Shown: one piece after another, positions 54,172 to 64,000 of the stretch | Layout: the number at the start of each line of letters is the position of its first letter | Position numbering within the stretch: position 1 is the stretch's first letter | Source of the DNA: Octopus sinensis | Taxonomy: Eukaryota | Direction: 5' to 3' | Length of the DNA stretch: 64,000 nucleotides | Assembly (NCBI RefSeq): GCF_006345805.1 | Contig: NC_043007.1 | Coordinates: forward strand, 76,260,001-76,324,000 | The notes under the pieces: generated by a model | Databases searched by the model: none | Told to the model about the DNA's origin: nothing | What the model saw: only the letters and a program-made list of their open reading frames with translations | Translations under genes and position numbers: made by a program

Positions 54172-54301
54172 TACGCCATATGCCCGTAGGTATATGGCGT
54201 GTGGCGTATGGCGTAGTGATTAAGATGGCGGGCTACTAACCCCAAGAGTTCGATTCCATGCAGTGACCTTAATAATAAAAATAATAATGATGATGATGAT
54301 G

Positions 54302-54380
<79 letters not shown>

Positions 54381-55341
54381 CCTCTCTATGGCAAATACCC
54401 AAAGAGAGCAAATAATGCAGATGTTGATAAAGCCCTGACCCATCAATGGCTAATGGCCTCTGGCTTAAAATCTGAAACAGAGGGGTTTATCATAGCAGCT
54501 CAAGATCAATGCCTACCAACAAGAAACTACCAGGCCAACATATTAAAGATCAGAAGCAGTCCAACGTGTCGTGTATGCAAGCAACAAAATGAAACCATTG
54601 ACCATGTGGTCTCCAAGTGCAGTCTTCTAGCGCCTACAGAGTATCTCAACAGACACGATAGAGCTGCACAATATATTCACTGGGTAATCTGCAAAAACCT
54701 GGATTTGCCCCATGAAAAAAACTGGTGGGAACACAAACCACCCCCAGTGCTTGAAAATGACCACATCTCACTCCTCTGGAACTTCCCCATTCAAACTGAC
54801 AGAAAGATAGATGCAAATAGGCCAGACATCATATTGAAAGACTTCAGACAAAGAACATGCCTCCTCATTGATATGACTGTCCCAATCGATATAAACGTAT
54901 CTGTCAAGACCTACCAAAAACTGAGCAAATATAAAGATCTTGAAATAGAAATCAGCAAAACGTGGAATATGAAGACTAAAACAATACCTGTTGTCATAGG
55001 TGCTCTGGGAATGATAGCAAAAGGGGCTGATTGCTACCTAACTCAGATACCAGGAAACCCAAAAATGGCAGAAATTCAAAAGATAGTGCTCATGGGAACT
55101 GCTCATATCCTACGCAAAATACTTTCTATGTAATCTCAAGGTTTAAAACAAACATAATTTTTTTTTAGACATCCACTAGTACAACACACAAAAAAACAAC
55201 TAAATATATGGCACACTAGGCATAACAACAACGTGAACTTCCAACCTGTTGTCTCTTGAGGTCTCTGGGTGAGACTTGGAGCCAACTTGTACCAAAAGTC
55301 AAACATAGAATAATAATAATAATAATAATAATAATATAATA

Positions 55342-55380
<39 letters not shown>

Positions 55381-55440
55381 TAACAACAACAACAACAACT
55401 TCGAAAAATACCTTAGAAATGAGAACTCAGGTTCGAAATC
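54172..55440 (+). mobile_element. Composite tRNA-head/(AAT)n/tail element split by a Dong insertion
   Basis: Head with box A tggcgtagtg and box B gttcgattcc (54200-54268), (AAT)n, D1 fragment, (AAT/AAC)n, then tail start tcgaaaaataccttagaaatgagaac (55400-55440). Confidence 0.9.
54377..55308 (+). mobile_element. 5'-truncated R4/Dong LINE, family D1
   Basis: Nearly identical to 35896-36825; 226-aa open CCHC+RLE frame at 54453-55133. Confidence 0.97.
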
Positions 55441-55689
55441 TATTGCAAGTGGGGTGCAGAGGAGCAAAGATAAAAGGTTACAGTAGATAAAAAGCATTAA
55501 TATTTTGAAAAGGCAAAAGGAAGGAAATAATGTACTCACCTGTGCTGGTTACAGTGTTTCAGCAGCGGCAACGGTAGATTCTTGTGTCAATAACGTCACC
55601 ACATCAGTTGGTGCTTCATATGTTTAGAACAGCTGTTCTAACTTTTAGTCGCTAAAAGTAACTCTTTTAGTTGCTAAAAGTAGCTCATT

Positions 55690-56160
55690 AACTCTGGTAT
55701 GTACTGTCATCAGCTGGCTAATTTGAATAAAAAAAATCAAATTGAGGCCGGAGATTGCCAACAGGAAAGAGGTGGTGTTTCAACAAGACCATACCTGACT
55801 ACATGTGCCTTTGGTTACGCGAAGAAAGTTACATGAACTTGACTGGGATCTCTTACCCATCTACGATATTCTCCTGATATTCCGCCATCTGACTACCACT
55901 TGTGTTTGTCTCTACAGAACTCATTGCAAAGGAAAATATTTAACGATTTAGATGGAGTAAAAATGCAACTAGATAACTTTTTCTTCAAAACCAGTCTAAT
56001 TTTATACTGATGGAATATTTGAATTGCCTGATTGATGGGCAAAGGGCATTAATAATAATGCAAGTTATTTCATTGAAAAAAATTATTGAAAGGTTTATTA
56101 TTTATAAACCTTTTTGCATATCAAAAAAGCTCAGAACATTCTGGACGATCTAATATATAA
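55690..56160 (+). mobile_element. Degraded mariner 3' part
   Basis: RPEIANRKEVVFQQD..YSPDIPPSDYHL..LQNSL; TIR-like end aaaaagctcagaacattctggacgatctaata. Confidence 0.8.
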
Positions 56161-56299
56161 AACAAACAAAGCCCGAAATATTGCTTGAAGATACAGGGTG
56201 TATTTTATAAATATCCCTGTTCAAGTATCATAATAGCATAAAACGTAGCTCTTTCGGTTGTGTATCTAATTTGATGTGTGTTTATGTTGTATATGTATG

Positions 56300-56747
<448 letters not shown>

Positions 56748-56748
<1 letters not shown>

Positions 56749-57796
56749 TTAGATAACTTAGATATGTTTCGACCAAAGATTGGTCCAGGCCATGTCTAAC
56801 TTAATAGCACCACCCTGATAGGATTATTCGAATCCTGTTTAAGTCAAGTTTTGTTCAAGTAGTGAGTTCTTGTTGGGTGAGTTATATCCAATTATGGGTG
56901 GCTTATCTGGTATTCTTTGAAAGAATCTATCCAGACTCCGTTTAAAGTTGATGGGATCCTTTTCCTCTTTGATCTCCCTCGGGACAATGTTAAATAGGGC
57001 AGGGCCTGTTGAGGAAAAGAAATTATGTTGCAGTGTACATGTATGTTGTGATCTTGAATTGGGCAGGGGACGTATGGCCCGTGGTCCCAGCCTTGGATGA
57101 ACCTTGAAGCTAATGTTAAGGTCTTTTGGGCAAAGTTGGCGGTATATTCTCCACCTCGTACAAATGATGTACCGCTCACGGCGACGCTGGAGGGAGTAAA
57201 GTTTCAAGGCTTTAAGGTGATCCCAATAATCGAGAGCAGCCATGCCTTCAATTCGTTTAGTGAGTGCCCTCTGGGGTGACTCAATTCTGGAGATGTTTTG
57301 TCTTGTATGGGGAGATCACAGTGGGCAGCAGTATTCAAGGTGTGGCCGTACAAAGGAGGAGAAAAGTGGTATGATGACACCTTGTTCTCTGGACCGGAAA
57401 GTTCTTAAGATCCAGGAACTCATCCTACGAGCTATATCGACCTTCTTGTTGATGTGTGCACTCCAATTACACCCAGGTCTCTGATATTGTTAGAGGCTGT
57501 GAGCGGTTCCCCTGAAGGAAGAGAGTATGGTTGTTTTAGTGAGGAATTTCTTCCAAAATGCATCAGCTCAAATTTTCCCTCATTCAGTTGCATTTTGTTT
57601 CTGTCTGCCCATTGACTCACAGCATATAGATCAGACTGGAGTTGAGTTCGGTCTGCTTCTTCATTGACGATTTGCTGGAGCTTAGTGTCATCAGCAAATA
57701 TTTTCACTTTGCAGTAATGTACGACACTGGAAAGGTCGTTTATGTAAATTATGAAGAGTAGCGGATCCAAACAGTCCCCTGGGGAACACCGGTGGT

Positions 57797-57800
<4 letters not shown>
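56748..57800 (-). mobile_element. 5'-truncated CR1-type LINE
   Basis: GVPQGTV.DPLLFIIYINDL..FADDTKL..LQSDL..WADRNKMQLNEGK..RDLGV; LDYWDHLKALKLYSLQRRRERY. Confidence 0.93.
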
Positions 57801-57876
<76 letters not shown>

Positions 57877-58280
57877 TGAATTGCGTTTTTACCGCTTGGA
57901 TCGCTTTCAATGCCACTACATCCCGTCCGATTCGCTCCAAAATTTACAGGGACATGTAGAATGAGGTGACGATGCGCGTGGGCTACCTTAGAAATCCCTA
58001 TCTTAAAAGGTGTGGTTGCTAGGGGCCATCTTCCTCACTCACCCTATTTCCTCCAGTACTCTCTCACTCCTCTTCATTTGACAATGCCACTACGGTTATT
58101 TAATGTAAAGTCTTCCTCAAATCACTCTCTCGCTGTTTCCTCTCTTCCAAGAACATTTTCACTCACTCTTATCTCTTAGCTTCCCATACATTTTACTCAT
58201 GTATCTATCAGCGTTGAGAGACAGAAACAAATATTACATCGCCATCGCCATCGCCATCGCATTCTATTGTCTACCTGTCA

Positions 58281-58313
<33 letters not shown>

Positions 58314-58410
58314 TATATCTAATATTGTATTTTTATTTTTATGTTTTTGTTTTTTTTACTGTTTCATTTCCCTATTAGTGGTTTGATCTCTAATTTAATT
58401 TCTACAGCGT

Positions 58411-58443
<33 letters not shown>

Positions 58444-59534
58444 ACACACACACACACAAACACACACACACCTATATGTGGCCCCAGTACACCCGAATGA
58501 AATCGGGTTCTCTTCATCAAAATGTGAAAAGGGGTCTACAATTATCATCGCCACAACTTATGTATGTCTTCCTCACTCACTCTTTTTCCTAATGATAATT
58601 ATCATCGCCACCACCACCACCAACAACACACAATCATGACAATCTTTCTCTTAAAACAAATCATGTTTACATTGCAAAATATTTCATTTTCCCGTCCTCT
58701 CTTTCATATATCATCTTTTCTTTCTCGAGCTCTCTCTTTTTTAGCCGTCTCTATTTATTCTACAACGAATCTATCAATGACAGCCGCAAAAGTTTCAATA
58801 TTCCTACTTCACCTCTTTCAGAAACGCAACAGATATTATTCTTTTTGCCGGGGTTAAAGCCCACTACATCCCGTCGGATTCACTCCAAAATTTACACCTT
58901 CTCTTTCTACCTCTAACTCTCATTCAATTTCTCTTTATCTCCATTCTTAAAGATAATTATCATTGCCACCAACACACAATCTGAACAATCTTTCTCTTAA
59001 AACAAATCATGTTTACATTGCAACGACGTCTGCCACCTCCGCCCTCTCTATTTATTCTGCAACGAGTTTATCAATGACAGCCGCAAAAGTTTCAATATTC
59101 CTACTTCACCTCTTTCAGAAACGTAACAGATATTATTTATTTTTGCGGGGTTAAAGGCCACTACATCCCGTCGGATTGACTCCAAAATTTACACCTTTTC
59201 TTTCTCCATCTCTCTCTTTTTTCACCTTCAATACTTTTTCTCTATATATATAACCATGTTAACCATCTCCACCGTCTCCCTTTCTCTGCAAAAGTTTCAA
59301 TATTCCCACTTCAGCTCTTTCAGAAAGGTAACAGATATTATTTATTCTTGCGTGGATAAATACAATTTATTTCTATGCTCAAGCTGGCCGTCGTTAACAA
59401 CAATTTCTCTGTAAGTTTTACAAATTTTCCACTTTTGATATATATACATCTTAATTATTTTATTCGTTTTCTCATTCTAAACAGAATCAACTTTAGCATA
59501 ACAAATATTTCATTTTCCAGATTTTCTTTTCAAT

Positions 59535-59615
59535 ATGCCTAGGCGTAAGCGCTCCAACTTATCAAACCACCGAGATAGAGTCAGGAAATCGAAAAGGAGG
59601 GAGGCACATGCTCGG
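59535..59615 (+). CDS. Helitron RepHel predicted exon 1 (MPRRKRSNLSNHRDRVRKSKRREAHAR)
   Basis: ATG at 59535, 27 codons, phase-0 donor cgg|gtaatt; MPR.KR-type basic start seen in animal Helitron proteins. Confidence 0.55.
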
Positions 59616-60619
59616 GTAATTTTTTGATTACTAAATAGCCTTTTTACCTAAAAGACAAATATTTCTAATACGGGCTTTTCGCTTGCCTTCTGGTGATAAC
59701 TTTCCGTTTTTTTAAATTTTTTTTTTTAACATTTTACTTCACTGAAAATATTAAAATCATTAACATAATCCCTCATTCACTATCTTTTCTGCATTTTTCT
59801 AAGCTATACTCTAATCACATTTTTCCAATCCTTTAACAGTCAATTAAAAAAAAAAGGATTCATATTTTATAAGTTCAATGTATATGAGCTCTTCCTTCTT
59901 TTAAAATTTACTGAGGAAAACTGACAATATATACCCCTATTTTTCATCATTTTTTTCTGCACATTGCTCTTTATCCTCCTTTTCTCCATCAAGGATCAAT
60001 CACATATTTATTCGCTTCATTTATATATGTGTCTGTGTGTGTGTTCTATATATAAATATATAAACTTAAATCACATTTTTCCAATCCTTTAACAGTCAAT
60101 TAAAACAAAAAAAAGGATTCATATTTTATAAGTTCAATGTATATGAGCTCTTCCTTCTTTTAAAATTTACTGAGGAAAACTGACAATATATACCCCTATT
60201 TTTCATCATTTTTTTCTGCACATTGCTCTTTATCCTCCCTTTCTCCATCAAGGATCAATCACATATTTCTTCGCTTCATTTATATATGTGTCTGTGTCTG
60301 TCTGTGTGTGTATTCTATATATAAATATATATATAGCGAGAATCTTTCTCTTAAAACAAATCATGTTTACGTTTAAAAATATTTCATTTTAACATATTTT
60401 TAGAACCCTACATATTTTTCCTGCTACATTTTCATTTGTTACTACGTTTTTCTTTTTAAATTCATGCTTTTATTTAAATGAAATCTAATTCTCTTCGTCA
60501 ACATTTCGTTTCCTCGGATAATAGGGAAATTCCTATTACCAGTCACAGATATAACTCCACAACCCTCTTTTTAATAATTTTTCAGCACATTGCTTTTTTT
60601 CCACCTTTTCTCCCTGAAG

Positions 60620-60712
60620 GCTCATTTCTTGCAATCCTCAACCGCCCAAAACGCGCCCATGGAGCAAATACAAACACAACACACCAACGAGCCTTCGTCT
60701 TCTGGTGATAAC
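60620..60712 (+). CDS. Helitron RepHel predicted exon 2
   Basis: Acceptor ttttctccctgaag, 31 codons open, donor aac|gtacgt; phase 0 at both ends. Confidence 0.45.
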
Positions 60713-60856
60713 GTACGTTTTTTTTATCTATTACATTTTCACATTTATTTACAACCCTGACAATTTTTCCTGCTAAATTTTCATTTGTTACTACTTTCTT
60801 ATTTTTTCTTAAATTGATGCTTTTATTAAAATTAATTCTAATTGTCTCGAATTCAG

Positions 60857-63800
60857 CGTCAACGCTCACGTATGACAGACACTCCAGTTGCGAGGGAGGC
60901 ACGTCTTACTGCACAACGCGAAAGCACCCGAATGGCGAGACTTGCTGACACACATGATGAAAGGGAGGCACGTCTCACTACTGACCGCATTCAAGCACAA
61001 CAAAGAAACCCCAATCAGACAGCAGAACAGACACAAGTTACACGGTCTATAGCACGACGAAAACTCGAGCAAAATAAGGCTGCTAAGAGGGACGAGTTCT
61101 GGTACAAGGCCGCCTTCATCTACGATCCTGCTAAAAACTATGCCAACAACAACAAAGTGACCATCGAAAAGATGGACAAAATTTGTTCCTCCTGTGGGGC
61201 CAAAAAGTGGGATTTCGATGTTCCCGGTCTTTGCTGCTCTCAAGGAAAAGTCCGACTCCCACCGTTACCTGATCCACCTCAGGTTCTTCTAGAATTGCTT
61301 ACAAGTCCATCTGACAGTGCAAAGCATTTTCGTGAAAGAATTCATAGGTTTAATTCGTGCTTCTCAATGACATGCTTTGGAACAACGAGCATACCAGGTT
61401 TAAAAAAAAATAAAAATAAACAAAATATGCCACGACCTTCAAATGTTGCTTCGACAACAACTGAAAATCTCAGTGTCCCCGGACCTTCATGGACTGTTAC
61501 AACAACAATAACGGAAAACCTCAATGTCCCTGGACCTTCAAGACCTGTTGCGAAAACAGTACTCGAAAACCCCCATGTCGACAGACATTCTACAAAGCCT
61601 AATTATCATTCAGAGAAGTATGAACATTTTTACACATACAAAATTCATGGACAGTGCTACCATCAAATGGGAAGTCTTCGGCCGATTCCTGGTAAAGAGC
61701 CTACATTCATGCAGGTTTTCTTTGTTGGTGGTCACGATGAGGAACTTGCTATCAGGAAAAAAAATAATCCAAAACTTGAGCAGCGTGTAATTGAAGTACT
61801 TCAGATGATGCTCCACCAGACTCATCCTTATGTTCGTGAGTTCAAAAATGCAATGGATACGTTGGATTCTCAACCTCATTTAAAATTGGTGATACATGCC
61901 GACAAAACTCCTGCCGGTGAGCACCCTGGTCGTTTCAACGCTCCAACTACGAATGAAGTTGCAGCACTCATGGTCGATGAGGTCCATGGAAATCGGGACA
62001 TAATCCTCCGTCACCATGACGAAGACGTGACTTTTGTTTCAGAATTACACCGATGTTACGATTGCTTGCAGTACCCTCTCCTTTTTCCTCATGGAGAGGA
62101 TGGATACCACTTAGAAATTCAAAAGGTTGATCCCACAATTCTCACACTTCTTGACAAGAAGGTTTCCTGCAAGGCATTTTACGCCTATCGACTCATGGTG
62201 CGAGAAAACGATTTCAATTTATTACTAAGGTGCCATTCTTTGACCAATCAGTTTTTGGTCGACATGTATTGTAAAGTTGAGTCCGAACGTTTAAAATACA
62301 TTCGTTCTCACCAGGACCAATTAAGAGCAACAGAATACGTTAACCTAGAGGATGCAATGCGTCAAGACGGTGACGCAGCCAACGTAGGAAAACGTATTAT
62401 TCTTCCTTCAACATTTATTGGCTCACCTCGGTATATGAATAAACGAATGCAGGACGCAATGACATACCTCGGTAAGTTTGGAAAGCCGGACCTCTTCATT
62501 ACATTTACCTGCAATCCTACCTGGCCAGAGATTAAAGAGAATGTGTTCGCTGGGCAGCTGCCAGAGCACAGACATGACATTGTGGCGCGCGTTTTTTATG
62601 CCAAGTTGAAGAAAATGCTATTTTTAATGAAAGTTTTGCATATTTTTGGCCCACTGTCTGCTTGGATGTATACTGTGGAATGGCAGAAGAGAGGTCTTCC
62701 ACACGTTCATATGCTAGCCTGGTGTCAGGATAGAATCCACCCTGTGGATATTGACAGAATTATATCTGCTGAGTTGCCCGATCAAAATGCTGAACCTCAG
62801 CTGCACAGCAGTGTGACAAAGCATATGATTCACGGTCCATGTGGTGACTTTAATCCGAGAAGTCCATGCATGAAGAATAAAAGATGTTCGAAGCGGTACT
62901 CTAGAGACTTTTGCGGTCAAACCTGCACTACGAATGACGGATATCCCATCTACCGAAGGCGTGACCCAGGTTTGGGTGGCCGCACAGCTACAATTAGACA
63001 ACGGCTAAAAACATTCGATGTTGATAATGCCTGGATCGTTCCATTCAACCCTTTGCTTTCCAAAACATTTAATGCACACATTAATGTTGAGTACTGCAGT
63101 TCGGTGAGATGCATACAATACCTCTGCAAGTACATTAATAAGGACGATGATATGGCCGTGTTTGTGTTCAGTGATGAAGACCTTAGACATGACGAAATTA
63201 AACAATTCGTTTTGGGTAGGTATGTATCCTCCAATTATGCAGCGTGGCGCATTTTTGGATATGAGATTCATCTAAGCTCACCAACAGTTTTCCACCTGAA
63301 TGTTCATTTACAGAAGAGACAGCTGGTTTACTTCACAGAGAAAAATGCACGTCAAGTCATTGAAAATCCAAAAGGGACTACGCTTACAGCATTTTTTAAA
63401 TTGTGTTCAGTTGATGAGTTTGCTGCTACTCTCATTTACCCTGAAGTACCGGAATATTACACATACAACAACAATAATTGGAAGCGCAGGTCACATGGAA
63501 CAGAACTTGACAATTGGCCTGGTGTTTCTAGGAAGAACGTCATTGGACGTGTGTATAATATTCATCCTACCAAACAGGAAATCTTTTTGAGAATGCTACT
63601 TCATGTAGTTACTGGACCGAAGTCTTTTGCTGATCTTCGCACGGTTGATGGTATCATCTGCGCCACTTACAGGGAAGCATGTTTGAGGCGCGGACTTCTT
63701 CTCAATGACGACCACTTACACAGGACATTAGCAGAGGCCTCAAATTGTAAACTGCCATGGCAAATGCGTCGATTGTTTTGTAGCATATTAATCCACTGTA

Positions 63801-64000
63801 ATCCCAGCAACCCTCTTAACCTTTGGGAATCGTTCAGACAGAGCCTATCAAAGGACATACAGGCTAATTTAGCACTACGTGATGGCAACGACGATGTTTA
63901 TAATGAGGCATTAATCGACATGGACAGACACATCAGACGCTATGTTATACGCGGTTTAAGTGAATTCCATCTGCCAACACCTGTCCATCATGAAGCGCCT
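60857..64000 (+). CDS. Helitron RepHel, Rep (HUH) domain, >1000 uninterrupted codons, runs off the window
   Basis: Hand translation found no stop: C..C/CC motif (CSSCGAKKW..LCCSQGKV), YKIHGQCYH, YDCLQYPLLFPHGEDG, ILPSTFIGSPRYM, DLFITFTCNP, EWQKRGLPHVHM (HUH), YLCKYINK, RMLLHVVTGPKSF. Confidence 0.95.

Larger units (their letters stand above)
57870..64000 (+). mobile_element. Helitron, 5' portion (continues beyond the window)
   Basis: Rep ORF below; upstream region with internal tandem duplications (58640-58900/58960-59200; ~256-bp tandem at 59813-60325). The 5' end, placed at tatataaaactga next to (TA)n, is tentative. Confidence 0.8.

Noticed and set aside
54200-54268. Possible tRNA gene (also 24575-24650)
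   Set aside because: No acceptor stem or complete cloverleaf; it is a SINE-type head.
56765-56800. GACC..GGTC-GAAAC hairpin at the CR1 3' end resembling half a hammerhead
   Set aside because: No CUGANGA upstream; better explained as an ordinary CR1 3' stem-loop.

Overview
AT-rich, microsatellite-dense eukaryotic DNA made almost entirely of transposable elements. The tRNA-derived SINE types, the (TA)n/(TATG)n/(AAT)n load and the LINE spectrum point to a cephalopod, probably Octopus; this is inference and was not checked. No confidently identifiable host gene is present. Contents: three families of R4/Dong-type (RT plus restriction-like endonuclease) LINEs stacked in one (AAT)n tract, RTE and CR1 LINE pieces, many Penelope-like (PLE) remnants with hammerhead-ribozyme motifs, several mariners, SINEs and a probable solo LTR. 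At the right edge is an apparently intact, spliced Helitron Rep ORF; it is missing from the ORF track because it has no stop codon inside the window. The most interesting system is a composite element: tRNA-like Pol III head, internal (AAT)n, then a minimal-hammerhead tail. It forms fold-back palindromes and its microsatellite is a repeated landing pad for Dong-type LINEs. Also notable: a covarying 3'UTR hairpin shared by the three Dong families, a twin-priming-like inverted RTE, an RTE with three C2H2 fingers, and an unidentified ~112-nt exon present in three paralogous copies. All alignments and RNA folds were done by eye, and boundaries are approximate unless given to the base.
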